This document shows positions 39,468-48,752 of a stretch of DNA of 64,000 bases, one piece after another. Origin of the DNA: Chloroflexota bacterium (lineage in GTDB: Bacteria; Chloroflexota; UBA11872; VXOZ01); assembly GCA_965221905.1 (NCBI GenBank), contig OZ244922.1:2624001-2688000 (forward strand). The letters run 5' to 3'. The notes under the pieces were generated by a model. The model was not told the DNA's origin, ran no database searches, and worked only from the letters and a program-made list of their open reading frames with translations. The translations under genes were made by a program, and so were the position numbers. The stretch's first letter is position 1. Every line of letters begins with the position of its first letter.

Positions 39468-42383
39468 ATGAGATCGAGACGATTCCATCGGCTCAGCGAA
39501 CTCGCGGTCGAGATCGGTGAGCCGGTGCCAACCGCGGGTAATCGTCCCATACGCCTTGACGATCCAAGTGTTGCTTGGTTCGTCGAGCGTGGCGACCTGG
39601 ATGTCTTCCTCTTTGAGTACCAGGACAAAGAGCTCTCTTCCAATGCGAAGCACCTACTCCGCGCCGTTGAAGGACGTCTCGTGTTCGGAGTCGGTGAGAA
39701 CGGTTCTTTGATTACCATCGCCAAAGGCACTCCGGACTGCCAGTTGCGCCGCCTTCAATTGGAAGACATCCTACAATACGATGTTGCAGAGCAGTTGGCG
39801 GGCCAAGTTGATGCTTGGCTCGCGGAGTTCGCGGCCGCCGTGGCATTGCACATAGAACCGCGCCCGCGCCCAGACGTGCTGCCAAACCCCAAAGACCCGG
39901 GCGAGCCGTTGGACGCCGCAATCGGTTGCGTACTATCGGCTCGATCGGGCGGCGTAGTTTGGGTCGCCATTGGAAACGCCGATGCGGCATATTTGGGCAC
40001 CGAAGAGCGTGACAAGGCAGGCACCGGTTTCGTCCCGCTCACCGCAGATACGTGGCTCACGCTGCAGAATTCGGCTTGTGTCAGTGGCACTCTGTCCCGA
40101 TCGTTGAATGAACAAGGAGTGCTTTTTGCAGCACTCGCGGAGTTCCATCAGCTTGCACTTGGCGCCGAGCAAATCAATCGCCTGCTGCTGGTAGCTGACG
40201 AGGCAAACGAACAGACCGCCCGCACCATCAATCGGCGCCTCGACGAAGAACGCGCCCGGCAAAATCTGTTTGGCATCCTAGGATCATCCTATCCTACTGC
40301 GGGTGAAAATGGCTCAACGCTTCTCGCCGCGTTGAAAGTCATCGGCAAACGAGAGGGCATCGAGTTTCATGCTCCGGCACGACGACGAGTAACGGTAGAT
40401 GAAGAACCTTCCCTCCAAGAAATCCTGAATTCATCCAGAGTGCGTGGCCGCAAAGTGCGCCTTGCGTTCGAGGACCGCTGGTGGGTTGGCGACAGCGGCG
40501 CGATGCTGGGGTTTCGGCAAGAAGACGGCCATCCGGTCGCTCTATTGCCTAGCATGTCCGGGCGCTACAGTGTAGTCGACCCGGTCTCGGGACGGTCGAC
40601 CCGCCTCAATGCGGAGCAGGCCAATAGTATCCGGCAAGATGCTTGGCTGTTCTACCGGCCTTTTCCCAATGACCGACCGGTGAGAACCAAAGACATCCTT
40701 CGCATTGCGACCAAGGGAATGGCCAATGACCTCAGCCGGTTTGCAGGCGTCGGCATTGTAGCCAGCCTCTTGATGCTCGCCCCTGCCGTAGCCGTTGGGA
40801 TGCTGGTGGATTGGGTACTCCCGGCTGCGGCCGGAAATGTGTTGGTCCAGATCATCATTGCGCTGACCGCGTTTGCCCTTATTGGAACGCTGCTGCAGAT
40901 ATTGCGCGGCACGGCCATGATGCGACTCGGAGGCCGCGCTACTGCTCGAATTAGCGCGGCGCTCTGGGATCGCTTGTTGGGACTGCCACCAAGTTTCTTC
41001 AGAAACTTCACCGCTGGAGAGCTTGCGATGCGAATGTCGGCGTTCCAGGTGTTGCGCGATCAACTGTCGGGAGTGGTCGCTAACGCTTTAATCTCGTTCA
41101 TCTTCCTGCTGCCAATGCTCGTTCTCCTCTTTCTCTACGACGCAGCTTTGGCTTGGCTAAGTGTTGGGATCGGCACTCTTTCGCTTGCGGTTACTCTAGT
41201 AATCGGTCTCTTGCAAGTAGCCCCGCAACGCCGTCACTACGCCGCCTCCCGGCGTCTAGCCGGAGAAATCTTCCAATACATCAGTGGCATAAGCAAACTG
41301 CGCTCTGCCGGCGCAGAATCATCGGCATTTGCTTCATGGGCCCGCGGCTATCGTGAGCAGCAGCGCGCGCAGTTGCAGATCGGCAAGCTGAATGAGCATC
41401 TGGTTGCCTTCAGTGCCGCCTTGCCGGCCTTTATAGGTGCAGCCCTCTTTGGCGTGGCACTTTGGCATGGTCCCGACCAACTCGCTCTAGGGAACTTCCT
41501 CGTCGTCTACGCGGTCTCCATCACGATCTACGCCTCGGTCATTGGGTTGGGAAACTCGTTTGAGGTCATTGCCGCTGTCTTGCCTGGGTACGAGCAAGTG
41601 AAGCCAATTCTCGCTGCGGTGCCGGAAAGTCGAATGTCATCGGCTGCGCCGGCAGACCTCAGTGGAAACATACGCCTAGACCACGTGAGTTTCCAATACA
41701 CTAAAGATGGCTCTCCCATTGTCGATGATGTCTCCATCCACGCGCGCCCCGGCGAGTTCATTGCCATCGTGGGGGAATCGGGCGCAGGCAAGAGCACCTT
41801 GCTGCGGCTTGCCTTGGGGCTGGAGGAACCTTCCGCAGGCGGCATCTATTACGACGGACGCGACCTTGCCCATCTGGACCGGCGCTCCGTGCGGCGCCAG
41901 ATTGGCGTGGTGACTCAAGATGGCGCCCTGCAACCCGGGAATCTTTTGGACAACATCATCGGTCTCAGCGATGAATTAACGATAGACGATGCCTGGCGGG
42001 CAGCCAAACTCGCCGGCGTGGACGACGAAATTTCTGCTATGCCGATGCAGATGTTCACTGCCGTGGGCGATTGTTCCTCGACCTTCTCCGGCGGGCAGAT
42101 TCAGCGTATCAGAATCGCAGCGGCCCTTGTGCGCAGCCCAAGTATCGTGTTCCTGGATGAGGCCACAAGTTGGCTCGACGCTAAGAGCCAGGCCCAGGTC
42201 ATGCAAGGAATCGAGAGCCTCGCCGCCACGCGCATCGTGATCGCTCATCGCCTCTCCACTATTCGAAAGGCAGAGCGCATCTATGTGCTACACAAAGGTC
42301 GAGTGGTCCAGGAGGGCAGCTTCATCGCGCTCTACCAGACCGACGGCCCGTTCCGCACGCTGGTGCAGCGACAAATGACGTGA
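39468..42383 (+). CDS. NHLM-type second ABC transporter subunit (long N-terminal extension, no catalytic C39)
   Basis: WWVGDSGAMLGF, FYRPFP, GESGAGKST, FSGGQIQR, DEATS. Confidence 0.93.
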   Translation: MRSRRFHRLSELAVEIGEPVPTAGNRPIRLDDPSVAWFVERGDLDVFLFEYQDKELSSNAKHLLRAVEGRLVFGVGENGSLITIAKGTPDCQLRRLQLEDILQYDVAEQLAGQVDAWLAEFAAAVALHIEPRPRPDVLPNPKDPGEPLDAAIGCVLSARSGGVVWVAIGNADAAYLGTEERDKAGTGFVPLTADTWLTLQNSACVSGTLSRSLNEQGVLFAALAEFHQLALGAEQINRLLLVADEANEQTARTINRRLDEERARQNLFGILGSSYPTAGENGSTLLAALKVIGKREGIEFHAPARRRVTVDEEPSLQEILNSSRVRGRKVRLAFEDRWWVGDSGAMLGFRQEDGHPVALLPSMSGRYSVVDPVSGRSTRLNAEQANSIRQDAWLFYRPFPNDRPVRTKDILRIATKGMANDLSRFAGVGIVASLLMLAPAVAVGMLVDWVLPAAAGNVLVQIIIALTAFALIGTLLQILRGTAMMRLGGRATARISAALWDRLLGLPPSFFRNFTAGELAMRMSAFQVLRDQLSGVVANALISFIFLLPMLVLLFLYDAALAWLSVGIGTLSLAVTLVIGLLQVAPQRRHYAASRRLAGEIFQYISGISKLRSAGAESSAFASWARGYREQQRAQLQIGKLNEHLVAFSAALPAFIGAALFGVALWHGPDQLALGNFLVVYAVSITIYASVIGLGNSFEVIAAVLPGYEQVKPILAAVPESRMSSAAPADLSGNIRLDHVSFQYTKDGSPIVDDVSIHARPGEFIAIVGESGAGKSTLLRLALGLEEPSAGGIYYDGRDLAHLDRRSVRRQIGVVTQDGALQPGNLLDNIIGLSDELTIDDAWRAAKLAGVDDEISAMPMQMFTAVGDCSSTFSGGQIQRIRIAAALVRSPSIVFLDEATSWLDAKSQAQVMQGIESLAATRIVIAHRLSTIRKAERIYVLHKGRVVQEGSFIALYQTDGPFRTLVQRQMT

Positions 42384-42425
42384 GCAAGCCGGTCTCTGCG
42401 TGCCATCGGGGAGCACAGCAAGTCC

Positions 42426-43160
42426 CTACTGCTGCGTGGGCTTACTCAGTGCATAGACAATGAAGTTCGGCACACGGCGCTCGTCGGCGAACCCCGGATT
42501 GGCGGCTAGCTGCGCGTCTGATGGAGTCGGCTCTCGCAGCGATTCCAGGACGAATCCCGCTTCCAAAAACGCTGAAATGTGGCTGGAAAGCGTCCGGTGC
42601 ATGTTGATAAACGACTCGCCCCACCATTCAAACTCGCGCGGACCCTCGTCGGTGTAGTCGTCAACCGCATAGAACAGCTTCTTGTCGCCCAATTTGATCC
42701 AGCCGTACGGCACCGCCGTGCGCATTGGGTGGACGTTGCATACGATGAAGCGCCCACCGGGCCGCAGTACGCGAAACGCAGCCTGTATGGACCGCCGAAA
42801 ATCGAGCAGGTCCACCAGCACGATGTATGAGACCGCCAAGTCGAAGCTCTCGTCGTCTAGGCCCGTGAGGTCCTCAGCGTTTCCGATCAGATAGGTCTCG
42901 CCGCCGGATGCCAACGCGCGGGCCTGCTCAACCAGGTCTTCCGTAAGATCGATACCCGTAACGTCCGCTCCCAGTCCGGCCAGGAGACGAGAGAATCGTC
43001 CTTCGCCACAACCGATGTCCAGTACGCGTCGGCCTGCTACGTCCCCCAGCGCCTCGAGCATCCAGGAATCGAGCATGCCGATGCGGACCGACTGGTCTTG
43101 TTGCACCCAGTCTTGGGCATGTTCGGCCCACTGCGTGCGCAGTTGTTCCTTGAGACTCAT
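42426..43160 (-). CDS. Class I SAM-dependent methyltransferase
   Basis: VLDIGCGEG, FD, RVLRPGGRF, HRTLS, LREP. Confidence 0.9.
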   Translation of the reverse strand: MSLKEQLRTQWAEHAQDWVQQDQSVRIGMLDSWMLEALGDVAGRRVLDIGCGEGRFSRLLAGLGADVTGIDLTEDLVEQARALASGGETYLIGNAEDLTGLDDESFDLAVSYIVLVDLLDFRRSIQAAFRVLRPGGRFIVCNVHPMRTAVPYGWIKLGDKKLFYAVDDYTDEGPREFEWWGESFINMHRTLSSHISAFLEAGFVLESLREPTPSDAQLAANPGFADERRVPNFIVYALSKPTQQ

Positions 43161-43205
43161 AGAACGCAAACACCACAAAGCGGGGACAAATCGTGATCGG
43201 GAGCT

Positions 43206-43280
43206 TGGCTCCGCGGCGAGGACTCGAACCTCGAACCAGACGGTTAACAGCCGCCTGCTCTACCATTGAGCTACCGCGGA
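43206..43280 (-). tRNA. tRNA-Asn (GTT)
   Basis: Cloverleaf TCCGCGG...CCGCGGA-GCCA; anticodon arm GGCGG-CTGTTAA-CCGTC; T-loop GGTTCGAGTCC; encoded CCA. Confidence 0.97.
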
Positions 43281-43370
43281 AAGTGGACGATTCCAGTGTA
43301 CCAACGCGCACCGCACACGGTCAACGACAGCGACCGCATGACCTGGGAAAATGCCCGAAGCGAGTTCCTC

Positions 43371-44786
43371 TCAAGGCAGCCACGTGCGATCTTGCTGCAG
43401 CCGCAGCCGCGCCGAGTCTATGGCGGCCCGGACCCGCACAGGCGCGGTACCGCCGGGCATGTCGCGGGCCGCGAGCGATCCTTCCACCGAAATCACATCG
43501 AACACGTCCGTTCCGATGCGGTCGCACATCTCCCGATACTCTGCGAGCGAAAGCTTCGAAAGGCCGCAGCCGCGATCGAGACAGAGGCGCACGATGCGGC
43601 CGACCACTGCATGTGCCTCGCGAAATGGCAGCCCCTTGCGGACAAGATAGTCAGCAAGATCGGTAGCCGTCGCGAAGCTGCCACCGGCAGCCTCCGCCAT
43701 GCGCGTGGCATTCACACCGAGCGTACCCATCGCACCTGTCATTATGTCGAGACATGCTGCCGTCGTATCCACGCCGTCGAAGAGCGCTTCTTTGTCTTCT
43801 TGCAGATCGCGGTTGTAGGTTAGCGGCAAGCCCTCCATGAGCGTGAGAATGGCAAAGAGGTCACCAAAAACCCGGCCGGCCTTACCCCGCGTGAGTTCCG
43901 CTGAATCGGGATTTTTCTTCTGGGGCATGATGCTGGAGCCTGTGGCGTAGGCATCGTCGAGCTCCACAAAGCCAAATTCGGCAGACGACCAAAGGATCAC
44001 CTCTGAGGCAAGCCGCGAGAGATGCACCATTATCTGGCTGCACACGTGCAAAACCTCGATCACAAAGTCCCGGTCGCTCACCGCGTCCATGCTATTCGCA
44101 GCAATCGCCTCAAAGCCAAGCTCCTGGGCCACATACTCACGGTCCAGCGGATAGGGCGCGCCTGCCAGCGCCGCCGCGCCCAACGGCAAGACGTTCACGC
44201 GCGCCCGGCACTCCCGCGACCGCGCAAAGTCACGGGAAAACATCTCCACGTAGGCAAGAAGGTGGTGGCCGAACGTCACCGGCTGAGCTCGCTGCAGATG
44301 CGTGTAACCAGGCATACTGGTCGCAGCGTGCGCAGCCGCTTGGTCGAGCAAAGTCTGCTGAAATTGGCAGAGTTGCAGTCCAAGCGAGTCGAGCGCCCCC
44401 CGGCACCACAGGCGTACGTCGGTCGCCACCTGATCGTTGCGGCTACGGGCCGTATGGAGCTTGCCCGACACAGTTCCGACACGTTCTTGCAAGAGGTCTT
44501 CAACCGCCGAATGCACATCTTCCCAGCGCTCGGCGTCCGGGGCGATCGCGCCGCTTTCAATCTCCTCCAGAATCGCCGCAAGGCCCGCGCAGATGGCGTC
44601 GGCATCCTCGTGCGAAATGATCTCTTGCTTAGCAAGCATGCGGCAATGCGCCGTGGAACCGGCAATGTCCTCGCCGAAGAGCCGCCAATCTACCGGCAAC
44701 GACGTCGAAAACGCCAGCATGTCACCGGCTAGCGGCTTGGTAAAGCGCCCACCCCACAGGGTGGAAGGATGTTTAGTGTTTTCCAT
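43371..44786 (-). CDS. argH: Argininosuccinate lyase
   Basis: LWGGRF, HTARSRNDQ, MPGYTHLQRAQP, GSSIMPQKKNPD. Confidence 0.98.
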   Translation of the reverse strand: MENTKHPSTLWGGRFTKPLAGDMLAFSTSLPVDWRLFGEDIAGSTAHCRMLAKQEIISHEDADAICAGLAAILEEIESGAIAPDAERWEDVHSAVEDLLQERVGTVSGKLHTARSRNDQVATDVRLWCRGALDSLGLQLCQFQQTLLDQAAAHAATSMPGYTHLQRAQPVTFGHHLLAYVEMFSRDFARSRECRARVNVLPLGAAALAGAPYPLDREYVAQELGFEAIAANSMDAVSDRDFVIEVLHVCSQIMVHLSRLASEVILWSSAEFGFVELDDAYATGSSIMPQKKNPDSAELTRGKAGRVFGDLFAILTLMEGLPLTYNRDLQEDKEALFDGVDTTAACLDIMTGAMGTLGVNATRMAEAAGGSFATATDLADYLVRKGLPFREAHAVVGRIVRLCLDRGCGLSKLSLAEYREMCDRIGTDVFDVISVEGSLAARDMPGGTAPVRVRAAIDSARLRLQQDRTWLP

Positions 44787-45052
44787 GAGTAACTACACTC
44801 AATTCTCTCAGTCTGTCCCTCCGGTCACCGGCTTCGCACCGCCTCCAACCACCGGAGGCCTGGAAATACAAGGAGAGTCCGCCAATAGTAGCGTAGGGGC
44901 TTGCTCCCTGCCAGGGACAGCGTGCAAATGGGTGGGAGAGTCAGATTTCCGTGTGCGCGGGAAAGGCGGGCAACCGACGGTCACTCTCCATAGGGGCCAG
45001 CCGAGACCTCTTCCCCAATGTAGCCCCGCGTGCGAAGCTGCCAACTGCGCCC

Positions 45053-45886
45053 TTAGTCTACAATGCGATAGCCCAATTCCTTCTGCCCTTCAACTCTGCC
45101 TCTAATCAGCGCACCCCTCTCTACTTGGGCCCCAAGCAAGGCTTCAGCCAGTTTGCGTTCCCAGCCAAAGAGTAGCGCAATTTCCCGCGCCGTGCAGAGC
45201 GGAGCATTCGTCACGGCCTGGCGTACGAGCCGGGCACGCGCCTCTTCCTTTGATAAAGCGAGCGTCTTGCACGCTGGCGGAATGTGTCGCTCGACCAAGT
45301 CCCAGTCGTGCATGGAGAAGCCCTCCACACTGCCACCGGCGACAGTAATTAAGTATCGCTCCTGAAGCGTCCGCAAAGCTGCCTGATACTGCCGCTTGCT
45401 CGCACCTGAAAGTGACTGCACTTCCCGGCGCAGGTCGCGCGACCGAATTGGGCCCTGGATAGCGACCACCTGCAGCATGTGCCGCTCTACGAGACTCAGC
45501 AGTCCACTCTCCAGCACCATATCAACCGAGCCGTGCAGTCCCCACAACTTTCGGAATGCCGGAAAGAACTGCCAGGCAATAAAGACGGCACGGTGGCGGA
45601 GATAGTGACCGTAGGCGCAGCGTTTCGCTGCCGGCAGAGTGTTCTTCCAATGCCACACTTCCAGAGAAAAGGTCTCCAGGCTGCCCCTGGCGCGCAGTTC
45701 GGCATCGCTCACATTGGGCCACGGCAATCCGCCCGGCGAAAAGAGGTGAACGAAACCCCGCTCTGCCACGTATGCCGCCGCATCAGCCTCATCGAGCACC
45801 CCGCTACCGTCGCCTAGAAAAAACTTCTGCCGGCGTTCTTCCTGGAGGACTTCGGGCGAGACAGCGTCTCCAACGTCAACAGCCAT
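45053..45886 (-). CDS. Winged-helix protein, AlkZ/YcaQ-related (tentative)
   Basis: AAAYVAERGF, WHWK, YGH, GPIRSRDLR..AL..LQ wHTH and C-terminal HTH. Confidence 0.6.
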   Translation of the reverse strand: MAVDVGDAVSPEVLQEERRQKFFLGDGSGVLDEADAAAYVAERGFVHLFSPGGLPWPNVSDAELRARGSLETFSLEVWHWKNTLPAAKRCAYGHYLRHRAVFIAWQFFPAFRKLWGLHGSVDMVLESGLLSLVERHMLQVVAIQGPIRSRDLRREVQSLSGASKRQYQAALRTLQERYLITVAGGSVEGFSMHDWDLVERHIPPACKTLALSKEEARARLVRQAVTNAPLCTAREIALLFGWERKLAEALLGAQVERGALIRGRVEGQKELGYRIVD

Positions 45887-45905
45887 GCCACTGTCTTCTT
45901 ACTAG

Positions 45906-47091
45906 GAAAGGTCTGAGCAAGTCGGGATATGCATCGGTTTATGGGTATGTGCGGGATTGTGGGGTGGTTTGAGGTGTGTCTTGGCATGTGGGAGGGGCTG
46001 TTTTGGCTTTGATGCGGTCCCGTTGGAAGCGCAATACGCTCCTGGCCGTGTTTTGGGCGCACTGCTCCCGTGTCATGTTGCCAACTGGCGTGCGGCCGTC
46101 ATCACATTGGTCAGCCCCAGCAGCAACGCCAGCCGTTGCCTGTTCTTGGACAGACCCCGGTAGCGCACCGTGGCGTAGCCGAAGTGCCGCTTCACCCACA
46201 GGAACGGATGCTCTACTTTGGCCCTAACCGATGCTTTGCGCTGCTCTGCCAGCGCCGCCGCGCTCTCAGGCGCCAGTTTCCGCCGCAGCCCCGGCTTGAG
46301 CGCCACCTGCCACGCTACGGCGCGCCCCTGATGCTCCGGTCGCTTCTGCACCCCCACGTACCCGGCGTCTCCCCACACCTGCTGCTCTGCGCCGTGCAGC
46401 AACGCCGCCGCTTGCGTTACGTCGTGCACGTTGGCCGATGTGGTGGTGAAGCTATGCACGAGCCCCGTCTGTGCGTCGACGCCGATGTGCAGCTTCATCC
46501 CAAAGTAATACTGGTTCCCCTTCTTCACCTGCCGCATCGCCGGGTCTCGCTCCCCCTCTCGGTTCTTCGTCGATGTCGGCGCCGCGATGATGGTCGCGTC
46601 CACTACCGTCCCCGCTCGCAGCCGCAAGCCCCGACCTGCCAAATGCGCGTTGATCTCCGCCAACAACCCCTCTCCTAACCGGTGCTTCTCCAGCAAATGC
46701 CGAAAGTGCAGAATAGTCGTCTCGTCCGGCAGCGCCTCTGACAGCCGCAGCCCCACGAACCGCCGCACCGGTTCTACCTCGTACAGCATGTCCTCCATCC
46801 CAGGATCGCTCAGGTTGTAGAACAACTGCACGCAGTGTATCCGCAGCATTACCGACAAGGGATACGGCCGCCGCCCCCGCCCTGGCTTGGGATAGTACGG
46901 CGCAATGCGCGCCTCCATCTCCGCCCACGGGAGCAGCGCGTCCATCCGCTCCAAGAACTTCTCCCGGCGCGTCTTGCGCTTCTTCTGCGCGTACTCCAAG
47001 TCGGCAAACGTCGGTTGCTCCATTACCCAGCTCCTCACCGTATCCTGCTTTCTTGCTATGATACTATGCCAGGGACTTGTTCAGAGTTTTC
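45906..47091 (-). mobile_element. IS5-family insertion sequence, about 1186 bp
   Basis: Terminal IRs GAAAGGTCTGAGCAAGTC / GACTTGTTCAGAGTTTTC (15 of 18 match); flanks CTAG and TTAG. Confidence 0.92.
46073..47023 (-). CDS. IS5-family DDE transposase
   Basis: KTRREKFL, PDETTI..FRHLLE, VDATII, FGMKLHIGVD, GDAGY, RAKVEHPF, RYRGL.KN. Confidence 0.96.
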   Translation of the reverse strand: MEQPTFADLEYAQKKRKTRREKFLERMDALLPWAEMEARIAPYYPKPGRGRRPYPLSVMLRIHCVQLFYNLSDPGMEDMLYEVEPVRRFVGLRLSEALPDETTILHFRHLLEKHRLGEGLLAEINAHLAGRGLRLRAGTVVDATIIAAPTSTKNREGERDPAMRQVKKGNQYYFGMKLHIGVDAQTGLVHSFTTTSANVHDVTQAAALLHGAEQQVWGDAGYVGVQKRPEHQGRAVAWQVALKPGLRRKLAPESAAALAEQRKASVRAKVEHPFLWVKRHFGYATVRYRGLSKNRQRLALLLGLTNVMTAARQLAT

Positions 47092-47094
47092 TTA

Positions 47095-47312
47095 GAGCTT
47101 GTCTCATAAATACATCGCTCTGTGTAGACCTGCCCTTCGACCCTTCGACAAGCTCAGGACAGGCAGGCTCAGAGCTTGCCCCGTACTCGATACAACGTAT
47201 CGACACGATACGGGGGCGAACGGAAAAGGCAAGAATCCGTTCGTGCTGAGCGCTGCGCGAAGCCCTTGTCGAAGCACGAATCGGCTATCGAACCGATTTA
47301 TGAGATAGCTTC
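47095..47312. mobile_element. MITE-like non-coding element with nested palindromes
   Basis: Terminal IR core TCTCATAAAT/ATTTATGAGA; internal CTTCGACAAGCTCAG...CTGAGC...CTTGTCGAAG and TCGATAC-AAC-GTATCGA. Confidence 0.6.
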
Positions 47313-47382
47313 TAGCTCCCGATGCAGACCGCCAGGATGAATGGCTCCAGGGAGACCTCCACAAGGCAAGGTCGGCGCCCTG

Positions 47383-48636
47383 CTACTTTTCCTCCGCATC
47401 ATTTGACTCAAGCCGTTTGGTTTGGGGCAAGAGCGGTGTGTCCTCGCCGTGCAGTTGCTGACGCGCTTGCACCTGGGTGCTCAGGCCCCAAATCTTCACG
47501 AAGCCCTCTGCAGCACGATGGTCGAAGGCGTCGCCGCTCAGATACGTCGCCAAGTCTTCACGGTAGAGCGAGTACGGGGACTGCCGCCCCACAACGGTTG
47601 CTTGACCGCGGTATAACTTCACCCGCACCGTGCCGCTCACCGAGCGTTGCGTGCTGTCTACAAACGCCATCAGATCGCGGTTGAGCGTTGAGAACCAGAG
47701 ACCGCCGTAAACCAGGCGTGAAATCTCTTCCGCCACCACGCGCTTGAAGTGCGACTGGTCCCGGGAGAGCGCGAGTTGCTCCAAGGCCTCGTGTGCCTTG
47801 AAGAGGATTGTGCCCGCCGGACACTCATAGATTTCGCGCGACTTGATGCCAACCACCCGGTTTTCCACGTGGTCCACACGACCGACACCGTGCGCGCCTC
47901 CCAAGTCATTGAGCTCCTGGATGAGGTCGACACCGATCTTTTCCTGGCCGTCGATGGCTACGGGAATGCCTTCTTCGAACCCAATCTCAATGTAGGCGGG
48001 CGTCTGCGGCGCGTTCTCCGGTGCAACGGTCCACTCGTACGCGTCCTCCGGCGGCTCCACCCACGGGTCTTCCAATGGACCCGACTCGATGCTGCGCCCC
48101 CACAAGTTTTGGTCGAGGCTATACGGCTGACGCGACCCTTCAGGCACCGGAATCCCATGCTCCTTGGCGTAGGCTTCCTCTTGGTCGCGGGTCAGACCCC
48201 ACTCACGCACCGGCGCTATCACTTGCAACTCCGGTGCGAGCGCATGCACGGAGACATCGAAGCGCACCTGGTCGTTACCCTTGCCGGTGGAACCATGCGC
48301 TACCGCCTCGGCGCCCTCTTCCCGGGCTACGTCCACGAGGAGCTTTGCGATCAGCGGACGGCCAAGCGCCGTCGCCAAGTAATAGGCATTCTCGTACACT
48401 GCGCCGGCTTTGAGCGCCGGCCAGATGAAGTGATCGATGAAGATGTCCCGCGCATCCACTACGTGAGCATCGCGCGCGCCGGTCATAAGCGCTTTCTTGC
48501 GAATCGCGGGCAGGTCCGGCTCGTGCCCAAGATCAATGGTAAGCGTGACCACGTCCATTTCATATTCTTCTTGCAGCCAGCGTATGCACACGCTGGTGTC
48601 CAGGCCACCGGAATAGGCCAGGACTACTGTAGCCAT
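47383..48636 (-). CDS. argG: Argininosuccinate synthase
   Basis: VLAYSGGLDTS, HGSTGKGNDQVRF, DQNLWGRSIE, GIKSREIYE. Confidence 0.98.
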   Translation of the reverse strand: MATVVLAYSGGLDTSVCIRWLQEEYEMDVVTLTIDLGHEPDLPAIRKKALMTGARDAHVVDARDIFIDHFIWPALKAGAVYENAYYLATALGRPLIAKLLVDVAREEGAEAVAHGSTGKGNDQVRFDVSVHALAPELQVIAPVREWGLTRDQEEAYAKEHGIPVPEGSRQPYSLDQNLWGRSIESGPLEDPWVEPPEDAYEWTVAPENAPQTPAYIEIGFEEGIPVAIDGQEKIGVDLIQELNDLGGAHGVGRVDHVENRVVGIKSREIYECPAGTILFKAHEALEQLALSRDQSHFKRVVAEEISRLVYGGLWFSTLNRDLMAFVDSTQRSVSGTVRVKLYRGQATVVGRQSPYSLYREDLATYLSGDAFDHRAAEGFVKIWGLSTQVQARQQLHGEDTPLLPQTKRLESNDAEEK

Positions 48637-48752
48637 ATTAGTTTTCTCCTCTTCACAATTATCGATTTAGGAATTTGCTAACTAGTGTTAACTGAGGCAA
48701 ACAGCCGTACATAGGGGGAAGCATGCAAGGCGGATATGGCGCGAGCGAGCGG

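Noticed and set aside
42426-43160. Methyltransferase as a tailoring enzyme for the peptide
   Set aside because: It is on the opposite strand directly behind the tRNA and looks like a generic small-molecule methyltransferase; there is no supporting evidence.
43206-43280. tRNA-Asn as the integration site of an island carrying the NHLM locus
   Set aside because: No integrase is present and no duplicated tRNA 3' end was found by eye; an exact-match search could revisit this.
47099-47364. Small ORFs over the MITE-like region
   Set aside because: They are translations of palindromic repeat DNA (PFDKLRTG-type), not credible genes.
47749-48681. Long antisense ORFs (310 aa here; also 26670-27575, 29777-30643, 44022-44732)
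   Set aside because: They are shadow frames opposite well-supported genes in GC-rich DNA and have no motifs.
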